DNA from: Candidatus Sericytochromatia bacterium
GTDB taxonomy: Bacteria > Cyanobacteriota > Sericytochromatia > S15B-MN24 > VGJW01
Length of the DNA stretch: 64,000 nucleotides
Direction of reading: 5' to 3'
NCBI GenBank assembly: GCA_035285865.1
Contig: JAYKHS010000014.1
Location: forward strand, 1 to 64,000
The notes under the pieces were generated by a model. That model searched no databases and was not told the DNA's origin. It saw nothing but the letters and a program-made list of their open reading frames with translations. Below, piece by piece: positions 27,023 to 37,100 of this stretch. The position numbers were made by a program, and so were the translations under genes. Every line of letters starts with the position of its first letter. Position 1 is the stretch's first letter.

Positions 27023-29545
27023 TCAGCGACCCTCCCCCGCAAGACCGGCCTGTCGGCCGGCCACGACCTCGGCGATCTTGCCGCGATATTCGTCCAGCAG
27101 TTCCTCGGCGCGCAGGATCTCCATGCTATCCGCAAAGAGGTGGACGGTGGGTTCGACGGGGTCGGGCAGCACGAGCACCCAGTCCTCGCCGTGCCATATT
27201 TTGATGCCGTCCAGCATGTCCACCTTGCGGTCCTTGGAGCCTTCCACGAGGACGCGCATGACCGTGCCCTTGTGTTCCCACGGGCAACTCACCTTCTCGT
27301 GCAGGTGGAAAAACTCGGGAACCTCGGCCACCACTTCATCCAAGGGCTTGTCCACGGTGCAGAGGGCCTCGAGGATCTTGGCGATGGCAATCATGGCGTC
27401 GAATCCCGGATGCAGCGCTGGGAGGACGAACCGCCCTTCCGTCCCTGCCCAGAGGACCTGACGTTCGCGTGCCACTTCCATCAGGGCACGTGCGCGTGCC
27501 TTCGTGCGGACGATGCGGCCGCCGTGGCGTTCGGCAATGCGCTCGAGCACGCTCGAGGCCGTCACCGGGACGCCGATGGCGCTGCCGGGCCGGGCGCGCA
27601 GCGTCAGCTCGGTAACCGTGGCCAGCAAACGCTCGTCGAAGATGATGCGGCCCTTGTTGTCGACCAGCGTCAGCCGCTCGCCGTGGGCGTCGATCTGGAC
27701 GCCAAAGTCGGCTTTCAGGGCGGTCACGACATTGGCCAGCTGGTGCCGCAGGTCCCGCTTCTCGTCGGTCGTCGGATAGCGGGACGCCAGATGCGCATTG
27801 AGCACGATGGCCTCGGCCCCGAGCTTGCCCAGCAACGAGGGCAGCAGCACGTTGACGAAGCTGGCTGCGTAATCGAGGACGATCTTCGGCCGTCGCCGGG
27901 CGATGACCTCGGAATCGAAGACCTTGAAGAAGCCGTCCCGGTAGTACTCGAGCACGCGGCTCGGGAAATGCAGGTCGCCGATGTCGGCCATCCGTACCCG
28001 ACGGAAGTCTTCCTTGAAGTAATTGGACTCGATCTTCTTCTCGATGGCCTTGTCGATGTTGAGTCCGGCCTGGTCCAGAAACTCGACCTGGACTTCGTCC
28101 GGCTGGTCCGGATGGATGCGGGTGTGGATGCCGCCGACCGCACCGGTGATGGCGGGGATCTGGTAGCGCGCGATGGGCACGGCCACGTTCTCGAGGTTGT
28201 AGACGGAGACGCCCACGCTCATCAGGCCCGAGATGATGCCGCGGTTGATCATCCGCGAGGCAGGGGAGCCGTCGCGGCTGACGGTTACGATGCTGCCGGC
28301 CTTGAGCGAGGCACCGTAGGCCGCGCCGAGGCGCACGGCGAACTCCGGACTCATCTCGACGTTGACCAGACCGCGGACGCCGGCGGTCCCGAAGAGCGTC
28401 TTCTGGGCCGCCGTGCCCCAGATGAGGCTGCTGGTCAGGGTCGTGCCCGTCTCGATGGTCTTGTTCGGCCAGACCTTCACGTTGGGCTTCAGGATGCTCT
28501 TCTCGCCCAGCACGCAGTCGTTGGCGACGATGCTGCCCTCGAGAACCTCCGAACCGCGCCGGACGCTGGTGTTCTTGCCCAGCACGCAGCCGCGCAGGGC
28601 GACCTCTTCGCCCAGGTAGACGTTGTTCCAGATGACGGGGCGCTTAAGGGTCGCCTGCCCCGCGATGACGACGTTGTCCCCGATGACGGTGCCTGCCGAG
28701 ATCTCGACGCCGGGCCCGATCTGGCAGTTGTTGCCGATGAGGGCCGGGGCCTGGATGCTGGCCGTGGGATGGATGGTCGTGCCCTCGCCGATCCAGATGC
28801 CGGGTTCGCGCTCCTGATAGGGAATCTCGAGCTTCACCTTGCCGGCGAGGATGTCGTAGTGGGCCTGCCTGTAGGCCACCAGATTGCCGACGTCCTCCCA
28901 GTACCCATCGGCCACGTAGCCGTACATCGGCCGGTTCTCGGCCAGCAGCTTCGGGAAGAGGTCCTTCGAGAAGTCCACTTCGACATCGGGTTCGAGGTAG
29001 TCGAGCACCTCAGGCTCGAGGATGTAGGTGCCGGTATTGATGGTGTCGGAGAAGACCTCGGAGCTGCTGGGCTTCTCCTGGAAGCGGCTGACGCGCCCGT
29101 CCGCCTCGCAGATGACGATGCCAAACTCGAGCGGGTTGTCCACGCGCTTGAGGACCAGCGTTGCGAGCGAACCCTTGGCCTTGTGGTACGCCACGGCTGC
29201 CGTCAGGTCGATGTCGGTCAGCGAGTCGCCGGAGATGACGATGAAGGTCTCATCCAACTTGGAGCCGACGGCCTTGACCGAGCCCGCAGTACCCAGAGGG
29301 ATGCGCTCCTCGACCGAGTAACTGATGCGGGCACCGAACTCGCTGCCGTCCCCGAAGTGGTTCTGCAGCACGTGCGGCAAGTAGTAGAGCGTCATGGTGA
29401 TGTCATGAAAGCCGTGTTTTGTCAGTAACCTGACAATGTGATCGGCCATCGGCCGGTTGAGCATCGGCACCATCGGCTTGGGGATGTCGCACGTCAGGGG
29501 GCGCAGGCGTGTTCCCGAGCCACCCGCCATCAGCACGGCCTTCAT
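27023..29545 (-). CDS. Mannose-1-phosphate guanylyltransferase fused to a degenerate phosphomannomutase domain
   Basis: MKAVLMAGGSGTRLRPLT, PKPM, EKP, hexapeptide repeats, then LFGTAGVRG PGM-like domain. Confidence 0.88.
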   Translation of the reverse strand: MKAVLMAGGSGTRLRPLTCDIPKPMVPMLNRPMADHIVRLLTKHGFHDITMTLYYLPHVLQNHFGDGSEFGARISYSVEERIPLGTAGSVKAVGSKLDETFIVISGDSLTDIDLTAAVAYHKAKGSLATLVLKRVDNPLEFGIVICEADGRVSRFQEKPSSSEVFSDTINTGTYILEPEVLDYLEPDVEVDFSKDLFPKLLAENRPMYGYVADGYWEDVGNLVAYRQAHYDILAGKVKLEIPYQEREPGIWIGEGTTIHPTASIQAPALIGNNCQIGPGVEISAGTVIGDNVVIAGQATLKRPVIWNNVYLGEEVALRGCVLGKNTSVRRGSEVLEGSIVANDCVLGEKSILKPNVKVWPNKTIETGTTLTSSLIWGTAAQKTLFGTAGVRGLVNVEMSPEFAVRLGAAYGASLKAGSIVTVSRDGSPASRMINRGIISGLMSVGVSVYNLENVAVPIARYQIPAITGAVGGIHTRIHPDQPDEVQVEFLDQAGLNIDKAIEKKIESNYFKEDFRRVRMADIGDLHFPSRVLEYYRDGFFKVFDSEVIARRRPKIVLDYAASFVNVLLPSLLGKLGAEAIVLNAHLASRYPTTDEKRDLRHQLANVVTALKADFGVQIDAHGERLTLVDNKGRIIFDERLLATVTELTLRARPGSAIGVPVTASSVLERIAERHGGRIVRTKARARALMEVARERQVLWAGTEGRFVLPALHPGFDAMIAIAKILEALCTVDKPLDEVVAEVPEFFHLHEKVSCPWEHKGTVMRVLVEGSKDRKVDMLDGIKIWHGEDWVLVLPDPVEPTVHLFADSMEILRAEELLDEYRGKIAEVVAGRQAGLAGEGR

Positions 29546-29594
29546 GGTCATCAGTCCTCCCGCACGCCGTCCGAAGCCGCCACCCCCGCGCCGG

Positions 29595-30767
29595 TCATCG
29601 ACCCGGAAGCACCGACCGATAGACCTCTTCGGTCTGCTCGGCGATGCGTTCCCAGTTGAAGACGTCGCGGACCCGTTGCACCGCGTTCCGGACCAGCCAC
29701 TGGCTGTGCTCGGGGCGTTGCAGCGTCTGCAGCAGCCCCCAGGCCAGCGAGTCGGAGTCGCCCGCATAGGTCGAGATGCCCGTGACGTCGTGCTCGACGA
29801 TTTCCCAGAGGCCGCCGGCATCGGAGGCGACCACCGGCAAGCCTGCGGCCATGCCTTCGAGGGCGACGATGCCGAACGGCTCGTACAGCGAGGGCACGAC
29901 GAAGGCGTCGGAGACGCGGTAGAGACGCAGCAGCGTGTCGTCATCGACATAGCCCGTGAAGAGCGCCTTGTGGCCCAGACGGTAGTGCTTGGCGAGCGCC
30001 TTGAGCTCGTCCACGAACCCGCCCTTGCCGACGATGACCGCCTTGGCGTCGGGGAACTTGGCCAGCACCTTGGGCATGGCCTCGATGAGCACCTGGCCGC
30101 CCTTTTCGGGCACCATCCGGCCGACGAAGAGGATCAGGCGTTCGTGGTCCATGGCGATCTGGCGACGGAAGCCGAGACCGTCCGGGAAATCGAAGTGGAA
30201 CTTGTCGGCCTTGATGCCGTTGGGGATGACGGCCAGCTTGTCCGAGGGCGGGGCGAACTGCTTGAGCACTTCGCGGTGCATCACGTGGCTGCACACGATG
30301 ACGCGGTAGGACTCGTAGGTCAGGAACCACTCCTGCTGCGCGATGTACCGCGACAGGGCATGGTGGATGCCCTGGTTGCGCCCCGCCTCGGTCGCGTGGA
30401 CCGTGCCGATCAGCGGGACATAGAGGGCGTGCTTGAGGAGGTGGGCCGCCTGGACGACCAGCCAGTCATGCGCGTGGAAGAGATCGAACGGCTGGCGGGC
30501 ATGCTCTTCGAGCGCCAGGCGGGACATCCCGAAGTTGAGGTGCATGATGCCGGAGAGGAAGTCCGGCGTCGGGGCCTCGTCGCCCTTGACGCGGTGGATG
30601 TGGACGCCGGCCACGGTCTCGTGGGCCACGGTGCCGGGATGGTCGGCCGTGAAGACATGAACGTCGTGTCCGCGGGCAGCCAGGGCCTGCGACAGCTCCT
30701 CCACGTGGCGGGCGATGCCCCCCACGATGCGGGGCGGATATTCCCAACTGAGCATGCCGATGCGCAT
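29595..30767 (-). CDS. Glycosyltransferase family 4
   Basis: MLSWEYPPRIVGG, HAHDW, FVGRMVPEKG, PSLYEPFGIVALE. Confidence 0.9.
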   Translation of the reverse strand: MRIGMLSWEYPPRIVGGIARHVEELSQALAARGHDVHVFTADHPGTVAHETVAGVHIHRVKGDEAPTPDFLSGIMHLNFGMSRLALEEHARQPFDLFHAHDWLVVQAAHLLKHALYVPLIGTVHATEAGRNQGIHHALSRYIAQQEWFLTYESYRVIVCSHVMHREVLKQFAPPSDKLAVIPNGIKADKFHFDFPDGLGFRRQIAMDHERLILFVGRMVPEKGGQVLIEAMPKVLAKFPDAKAVIVGKGGFVDELKALAKHYRLGHKALFTGYVDDDTLLRLYRVSDAFVVPSLYEPFGIVALEGMAAGLPVVASDAGGLWEIVEHDVTGISTYAGDSDSLAWGLLQTLQRPEHSQWLVRNAVQRVRDVFNWERIAEQTEEVYRSVLPGR

Positions 30768-30875
30768 GGGCGTGATTCCTTGCGGGAGGGTGGGACGGTG
30801 GCGGGACGGCGGTGTCCGGTGGGGGTGCGCTCCGGCGTCATGCCCGGCAGGCGACCATCGCTAAAGCATAGCAGG

Positions 30876-32240
30876 TCACGACTTCTCCAGCCCATCGAGT
30901 CGCCGCAGCAGGTCGATGGTCCGGACGAGCGTGTCCGGCTGGCCTTCGCTGCCCCGGCAGGCCACCAGACGAGGGCCTGCCGGATGCAGGCGCAGCACGG
31001 GCAGGCCGGCCTCGGCCGCGCATTCGATCATGGCCTGTCGGTGGGGCAGGGCGCGCCACGCCGTGGCGGCCGTCCTGCTGCCGAGTGCCACGATGCCCGA
31101 CAAGGGATGGGCTTCGGCCAACTGCCTGACGACAAGGGCCACTGCCTGTTGCAGACGCTCCTCGACGGTCTCGCCCGGCAAGCCTGCCGCACGTCCCCAT
31201 GCGAGGACCCGCTCCCGATCCTCGGTGCTGCCGGCGGTCGCCATCACCACGTCCTGGCCCGTCGCCAGCAGCCCTCGGGCGTGGTTGACCGCATCCTGCC
31301 ACGCGGGCGGCAGGGCCTCGCCCGAACCTTCGTCGAACAGCAGCGCCGAGGCGTCCAGCAGGAGTGGGCCTGCCTTGCCGGCGGCTCGGGTTGCCTGCGC
31401 GACCGTGGCCGGGTGGTCCGATCCGCACACGGCAAGCACGGGCCGACGACCTGGAAGCAAGCGCCGAATCCGGCGGGGATCCGGCAGGCCTGAGGCGTCA
31501 AGCACCGAGGCGACGCTCGCCGGGGCGACGCCCTCGGCCAGGCGAACACCGGCAGCGAGGCCCCGCCTGCGGCCCAAGGCACGCGCCCACGCTCCCGCCA
31601 GACCTGCCGTGCCGACGGGCAGCACCGGAAAGGGACTGCCGAGGGCGACGAGGGCCAACTGGTCGAGGTCGTCGTGGCTTGCGGCATCGGCCACGATGAC
31701 CTGCGCTCCCGCGGTTGCCGCCGCGAGCAACTGCGTGGCGATGGCCTCAGGGCCCCGTCTGAGCTCGCGCCATTCCAGGGTCCACACGCGGAGACCCGCT
31801 GCGGCGAGGGCCGTCGGCAGGTGGGGCTCGCCCGGACCGGACCGTGGTCTGGGGTCTCGGGGATCGGTGCCGAGGGGAAGGCCCAGCCGCAGGGCGTAAC
31901 CCCCCATCGTGGTCCATCCGCGATCGGGATGGGCCGTGGCCAGCAGCGCAAGACGCGCAGGCCCCCTGCCGAGGGCCTCGCGGAGGAGCGCCGGCAGGGG
32001 CGTGCCCCCGAGGCCGTCGATGGCGAGGAATGCCGGATGGGGCATGACCCGCTGGCCAAAGGCCGCCTGCACGGTGCCCGCGTCACCGTCGCGCAGGTCC
32101 AGCGAACGTGCCACGACCGTATCGACGCCGTCCTCGGCTCCGGCTGTCGTCTCGAGCAGCGTGCCGAAGCCGACCTGGTGAAAGGCCAGGAGGGCCTCGG
32201 CTGCCCCCGTCAGGTCATCCGCGACGATCCGGATCGGCAT
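30876..32240 (-). CDS. Four-carbon acid sugar kinase family protein (DUF1537/YgbK-like), divergent
   Basis: N-terminal IVADDLTGA, VADA..HDDL, VGTAGLA, AVCGS. Confidence 0.72.
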   Translation of the reverse strand: MPIRIVADDLTGAAEALLAFHQVGFGTLLETTAGAEDGVDTVVARSLDLRDGDAGTVQAAFGQRVMPHPAFLAIDGLGGTPLPALLREALGRGPARLALLATAHPDRGWTTMGGYALRLGLPLGTDPRDPRPRSGPGEPHLPTALAAAGLRVWTLEWRELRRGPEAIATQLLAAATAGAQVIVADAASHDDLDQLALVALGSPFPVLPVGTAGLAGAWARALGRRRGLAAGVRLAEGVAPASVASVLDASGLPDPRRIRRLLPGRRPVLAVCGSDHPATVAQATRAAGKAGPLLLDASALLFDEGSGEALPPAWQDAVNHARGLLATGQDVVMATAGSTEDRERVLAWGRAAGLPGETVEERLQQAVALVVRQLAEAHPLSGIVALGSRTAATAWRALPHRQAMIECAAEAGLPVLRLHPAGPRLVACRGSEGQPDTLVRTIDLLRRLDGLEKS

Positions 32241-32262
32241 GTGCCGCCAGGCCCCGACGGGC

Positions 32263-32610
32263 TCAGGCGTCCCCGTCCTGACGGTCCGAGCGGCTGCCGA
32301 GGAGCTGGAAGTTGTTGGCCCGGATGACGAACATCTCGCGCCACTGGCCCTCGCGGTCCTTGTACTTGTCCAGCTCGAGGCGGCCCTGGATGCCGACGAG
32401 GCCCCCCTTGCGGATGTACTTGGCCGCTGCGTCGGTCTGGCGACCGCGCAGCTCGATGCGGAACCAGTCCGTCGCATCGACCCCTTCCTGGCGCCGGACC
32501 GGGCGGTTGACCGCCAGATTGAACTTGACGATGGTGTCCCCGGACGGTTCGAAGACGCGGACCTCGGGGTCGGCACCGGCGCGACCGACCAGAACGACGC
32601 TGTTGACCAT
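32263..32610 (-). CDS. ssb: Single-stranded DNA-binding protein (short form)
   Basis: MVNSVVLVGRAGADPEVR, FNLAVNR, TDWF, YIRKG..VGIQGRL. Confidence 0.92.
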   Translation of the reverse strand: MVNSVVLVGRAGADPEVRVFEPSGDTIVKFNLAVNRPVRRQEGVDATDWFRIELRGRQTDAAAKYIRKGGLVGIQGRLELDKYKDREGQWREMFVIRANNFQLLGSRSDRQDGDA

Positions 32611-32781
32611 GATCTTGAAAACCTCGATGCGGATTGGACGTGGATGGGCGGGGAGGGCTGTTGGGGCCTTCCGCCACCATCGTCCACCCGGGACCGGCGA
32701 CGATCCAAGCATGCCATGACGGCGATGCTTCGTGGAGCCCGCCGGAGGTACGATGTCGGCAACCCCGACCGGAGTCCAGCC

Positions 32782-34980
32782 ATGACGACACAGGCCATCC
32801 TGATCGACCCCGCCTCCCCCGACGGCCTCGGGGCCGCCCTCGTGATCCGACGGCTCGTGCCCGAGGCCGTGCTCGTGCCACCTGCCCATCTCCCGCCGGC
32901 CCTCGAGCCGCTGGTGCGGATGCACGGTGACATGCTCGGCCTTGCCGATGCCGTCCTTCCCGAGGAAGGCGGCGTGGTCGTCTGGCATCCCGAGGGCCAG
33001 CAACCCGGCATGCCCGTTGCCCTGGCGGAGCGTGCGGAGACCCGGACCGTGACGCTGCCCGCCGGTGCCCTGTCGATGACCGCGGGCCTGCTGCCGCGGC
33101 TGCGCGAGCGGGGCATCGCCCTCTCTCCGATGGAGGCGACGCTGCTCTACCTTGCGGTGATGGACGGTTGTCGCGGCTTTCCGGGGACGGTCGAACTCGA
33201 GGCCCTGACGCGGCTGCTCGAGGCCGGGGCGGATCGGGAGCTGGCGTCCCGCTGGAGCCTGCTGGGGCCGGAGGCCGTGCTGCGTGCGCCCCTGGCCACG
33301 GCCGTGACCGTGGGCTCGCTGATGAGCCATCCTGTCCGGACGGTCGAGGTCACGACGACGGTGGCCGCGGCCTGGGACGTCCTGACCGAACATCCCCACG
33401 GCAGCCTGGTGGTGGTGGACGCAGCCGGTGCCCCGATGGGCCTCGTGCTGCGGCCGGATGTGGCCCGGGCGGTGCGCCACGCCCTCTCCGAACGGCCCGT
33501 GCGCGAGGTGATGTCCCCGTGCCCGGCCTTGCTGACGCCCGGGAGCGGTGCGGAGGCCCTGCTGCCCGTCGTGCTCGGCCCCGGCCCCGGGAAGGCCGTG
33601 GTGGTGGAGGACGGTGGCGTCGTCGGCATCGTCAGTCGCTCGGACGTGATGGGCCTGCTCTATGCCCATCGCTTGCCGCCTTCCTTGCGGCCGGCGACCC
33701 TGGCCGAGCGTCTGCGGCGTATCTGGCCGGCGTCCGAGTTGGACCTGCTGGAGCGGATCAGGGCCTTGGCAGGGGATCAGCCCCTCTATCTGGTGGGAGG
33801 CGCGGTGCGGGACCTTCTGCTGGACCGGCCGAGCTTCGATCTCGATCTGATGACCGACAAGCTTGCCGATGCGTTCGTCACGCGACTCGGCAAGGCGCTG
33901 GACGCCGAGGTCATTCGTCACCAGGCCTTCGGGACTGCCACCCTGCGGCTGCCGGATGGTCGCCGCATCGATGTCGCGACGGCCCGCAAGGAGACCTACC
34001 GCCAGCCCGGGGCCCTGCCCGAGGTGCAGGCAGCCGGGCTGCGCCACGATCTCGGGCGTCGGGACTTCACCGTCAACGCCTTGGCTTTGCGCATCGACGG
34101 CGAGGCCTTCGGCGAGGTCGTGGACTTCTTCGGGGGGGTGGACGATCTGGAATCCGGCCACCTCCGCACCCTGCACAACCTGAGTTTCATCGAGGACCCG
34201 ACACGATTGGTCCGGGGGGTGCGCTTCGCGATGGCGACGGGCCTGCGCTTCCATCCCGAGACGGAGGGCTTCGCTCGCTACGCGACCTCGTCCGGCAGAC
34301 TGGACGGAGTCGGCGGGGAGCGTCTCAAGAACGAGCTGCGCAAGCTGCTCACCCGCGGCGAGGCCGCTGCCGGGGTACAGGCGCTCGCCGACCTCGATGC
34401 GTGGCGCCTGGTTTCGGGAGCGCTCGCCGGCTGGCATCCTTCGGAGCGCTTCGTGGACCGTCTCGCTCCCGTGACTGCGTGGCTCGCCGAACAGGGCGAG
34501 GAACCTGCCGAGGCAGCCTTCCTGCTCGTGCTCGGGGGGCTGTTGGCGCAACTCGAGGACCAGGGCCGTGCCGATGCTCTGGCCCGACTTCACCTGCCGG
34601 GCGGCGAACAGCATCGCCTGACGGCGGCCCTGTCCCGGCACGCGCGTCTCGAGCGCGAACATCCCGGCTGGTTCCGCCGGTCTCCGAGCGAGCGGTACCA
34701 GCAACTTGCCGACCTCGAGCGGCTCGGGCTGGCCTTGATGGCCCTGCTCTCCGAGACGGGCAACCTGCTGCCTGTCCTGGACGAGCATCTGGCCCACCGC
34801 CGGCTCGAGGTCGCCGTGGACGGCGATTGGCTCCGGCAACAGGGTCTGCCCCCGGGGCCGCGGACTGGCGAGGTCCTGCGTCGGGTTCGGGCCGCGCTGA
34901 TTGATGGCAAGGTCGCGACCGCTGCAGATCAGCAGGCGTTCGCGCGCACGCTGCTGGCCGAGGGTGAGGAGCGCGCCTAG
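32782..34980 (+). CDS. CBS-domain tRNA nucleotidyltransferase (probably A-adding)
   Basis: CBS pair; LYLVGGAVRD, DLDL, ARKETY..PGALP, RRDFTVNA, SFIEDPTR. Confidence 0.85.
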   Translation: MTTQAILIDPASPDGLGAALVIRRLVPEAVLVPPAHLPPALEPLVRMHGDMLGLADAVLPEEGGVVVWHPEGQQPGMPVALAERAETRTVTLPAGALSMTAGLLPRLRERGIALSPMEATLLYLAVMDGCRGFPGTVELEALTRLLEAGADRELASRWSLLGPEAVLRAPLATAVTVGSLMSHPVRTVEVTTTVAAAWDVLTEHPHGSLVVVDAAGAPMGLVLRPDVARAVRHALSERPVREVMSPCPALLTPGSGAEALLPVVLGPGPGKAVVVEDGGVVGIVSRSDVMGLLYAHRLPPSLRPATLAERLRRIWPASELDLLERIRALAGDQPLYLVGGAVRDLLLDRPSFDLDLMTDKLADAFVTRLGKALDAEVIRHQAFGTATLRLPDGRRIDVATARKETYRQPGALPEVQAAGLRHDLGRRDFTVNALALRIDGEAFGEVVDFFGGVDDLESGHLRTLHNLSFIEDPTRLVRGVRFAMATGLRFHPETEGFARYATSSGRLDGVGGERLKNELRKLLTRGEAAAGVQALADLDAWRLVSGALAGWHPSERFVDRLAPVTAWLAEQGEEPAEAAFLLVLGGLLAQLEDQGRADALARLHLPGGEQHRLTAALSRHARLEREHPGWFRRSPSERYQQLADLERLGLALMALLSETGNLLPVLDEHLAHRRLEVAVDGDWLRQQGLPPGPRTGEVLRRVRAALIDGKVATAADQQAFARTLLAEGEERA

Positions 34981-35619
34981 GTGTTCGGCTTCCTGACGGG
35001 TGCATCCGGCGGGCAGGACCTGCTGGAACGCCTGACGCTGCAACTGCCGCTGTTCATCGTGTCGATCACCCTGCACGAAGCGGCCCATGCGTGGGCTGCC
35101 TGGCGGATGGGGGATGACACGGCCGCGCGCATGGGCCGCCTGACCCTGAATCCGCTGGCTCATCTCGATCCGATTGGCACGCTGATGCTGCTCTTCGCAC
35201 CCGTGGGCTGGGCGCGTCCGGTTCCCGTCGACGAGGGTCGCCTGCGGCGCTGGGGTTCCAGCCTCGTGTCCGCCGCGGGACCGGCCAGCAACCTCCTGCT
35301 CGCATTTCTCGCCCTGCTTGCCCTGAAGCATCTCGAGATGCCCACGCCCGGGACGGCCGAGGCGATGGGCGAGATGCTGAAGGTGCTGGTGCTGCTCAAC
35401 GTGAACCTCGCTGTCTTCAATCTGCTGCCCATCCCCCCTTTCGATGGTGCCGGCATGCTGCTGGGCCTCCTGCCCGAGCGTGCACGGCCGGCCATGCACC
35501 AGCTGGTGCCCTACGGCGTGGTGATTCTGGTCCTGCTGATCTTCCTGCCTCAGGGACAGGCTTTCCTCGGGGACGTGATGCGGACGGCGCTGGCCTGGCT
35601 GCTTCGGGTGACGCCCTGA
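34981..35619 (+). CDS. Site-2 protease (M50) family
   Basis: LHEAAH, GRLTLNP, GWARPVP, AAGPASN, FNLLPIPPFDG. Confidence 0.9.
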   Translation: MFGFLTGASGGQDLLERLTLQLPLFIVSITLHEAAHAWAAWRMGDDTAARMGRLTLNPLAHLDPIGTLMLLFAPVGWARPVPVDEGRLRRWGSSLVSAAGPASNLLLAFLALLALKHLEMPTPGTAEAMGEMLKVLVLLNVNLAVFNLLPIPPFDGAGMLLGLLPERARPAMHQLVPYGVVILVLLIFLPQGQAFLGDVMRTALAWLLRVTP

Positions 35620-36092
35620 GCGCGTGGTGGCTGCGGATCCGGCAGGGCCTCTGGTTCCTGATGCCGCGCATCCGGGACGAGGACGTGCGGTGGGCGGCAG
35701 GCTTTCTGGGGCCAGGGCTCCACGGCCTATTTGCAAGGATGGGCCGAGAGGACCGCAGCCATGCGCTCAGGGTCGCGCGGCGCGTGGCGCAGGCAGGTGG
35801 CGGTCCCGAGCTTGTCCGGGCCGCACTGCTGCATGACGTGGGGAAGCCCGAGGGGTACGGATTGCTCTGGCGCACCCTGTGCGTGCTCGCTCCCGGTCAG
35901 CCCGGACGAGAGCCGTCGCCCGTCGGTGGCCGTGGTCTCGCCTGGGCCCGCGCGATCTACCACCACCACGAAGAGGACGGCCTCGTCCTGCTGCGCGAGG
36001 CGGGGGCAGACAGGGAAACCCTGGATCTGCTGGAGGGGCGGGGGGCCGAGCCTGTGCTCCGACTCCTGCGCGAAGCCGACGATCTGGGTTAG
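35616..36092 (+). CDS. HD-domain protein (start uncertain: CTG 35616 or ATG 35661)
   Basis: DRSHALRV, AALLHDVGK, HEEDG, ADD. Confidence 0.8.
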   Translation: MSAWWLRIRQGLWFLMPRIRDEDVRWAAGFLGPGLHGLFARMGREDRSHALRVARRVAQAGGGPELVRAALLHDVGKPEGYGLLWRTLCVLAPGQPGREPSPVGGRGLAWARAIYHHHEEDGLVLLREAGADRETLDLLEGRGAEPVLRLLREADDLG

Positions 36093-36415
36093 CCGTCCAG
36101 GTCCTTGAAGCGCGCGCCGTCCCGGCCCATGGACTTGGCAAGCGCGGCGGCTGCGGCCTCCGCGAGGCGGATGTCGGCCTGGTTGGCGAGACAGGACAGG
36201 ACGAAAAGCATGTCGCCGAGTTCCTCTGCCAGGTTGGCAGGCACAAGACCGGGTCTTGGTGTCTTGCCTCCCCAGAGCCCGTTCGCTGCGCGTGCGACTT
36301 CGCCCAGCTCCTCCGTCAGGCGCGCGAGTTGGGCAAGTGGCGGAAAGTAGCCACCGTGGGTACGGACCCAGCCGTCGACCCGGTCCTGCAAGTCGTCCAA
36401 GGAATCGATGCGCAA
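36089..36415 (-). CDS. MazG-like nucleotide pyrophosphohydrolase (YpjD-like)
   Basis: GGYFPPL, LTEELGEVAR, EELGDMLFVL.CLAN, RD..RF. Confidence 0.88.
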   Translation of the reverse strand: MRIDSLDDLQDRVDGWVRTHGGYFPPLAQLARLTEELGEVARAANGLWGGKTPRPGLVPANLAEELGDMLFVLSCLANQADIRLAEAAAAALAKSMGRDGARFKDLDG

Positions 36416-36502
36416 AGGTACCCCCGGTTCACCTGTGCCAAGCGAGTGCCTTCAGGGTACACAGGCTGCGGAGCCCTTGGCACGTTACCGAGGGGTTGGG
36501 CC

Positions 36503-37081
36503 TTGAGATACCTGTCCTTCTGTCTGGCATTGTTCGTCTGGATTCTGCTCGCGCTGCCCGCATTGGCCGAGGAGGAGGCCACCCTCTCGTTCCGGGTGGT
36601 GGAGACGCCGATTTCCCGTGAGGTCAAGCGGACGGTCGAACGCCGAGAAGAGCGTATCCGCGGGCGGCGCGTGCTGGCAGAGATCGAGCGCAGCGTCGCG
36701 GTGGAGCGCATTCGCGTCGACACCATTCAGACGCGGGTCATCACTTGGGTCGAACATCGCCAGGTGAACAAACCCGTCGAGGAGCGCGTGTGGGGGCAGA
36801 CCGGGGTCGAGATGGACCCGGATCAGCAGGCTGTGCGTCCCGTCTACGGATGGATCACCCGCCGCATCGACCCCAATCCGGTGGATGAGGCCATCCGGCG
36901 AGAGCGCATCGACGAGCGGGTCGTCGCCAGCGAGATTCGTGTGGTGCGTCGGCCGCTGGGTGAAAAGCGCAAGGTTCGTCCGCTGAACTCTCCGTCCGGG
37001 GGCGGCCGCTCTGCCCTTCCGGCATCGCTCGCCGGTTCGCCATCGTCTGCCGCAAAGGGGCCTCTCCACGGTGGTGGATAG
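36503..37081 (+). CDS. Hypothetical exported protein
   Basis: TTG start; signal peptide ending ALPALA; Arg/Glu/Val-rich body. Confidence 0.65.
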   Translation: MRYLSFCLALFVWILLALPALAEEEATLSFRVVETPISREVKRTVERREERIRGRRVLAEIERSVAVERIRVDTIQTRVITWVEHRQVNKPVEERVWGQTGVEMDPDQQAVRPVYGWITRRIDPNPVDEAIRRERIDERVVASEIRVVRRPLGEKRKVRPLNSPSGGGRSALPASLAGSPSSAAKGPLHGGG

Positions 37082-37100
37082 GGCGTTGGCGAAGTCCGGC

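Noticed and set aside
32263..35736. 1157-aa minus-strand ORF
   Set aside because: Antisense shadow of the NTase and M50 genes; only the last 115 codons (ssb) are credible.
36428..36470. Sixth copy of the TT(A/T)ACC motif (TTCACC tgtgc)
   Set aside because: No GATA box at the expected spacing.
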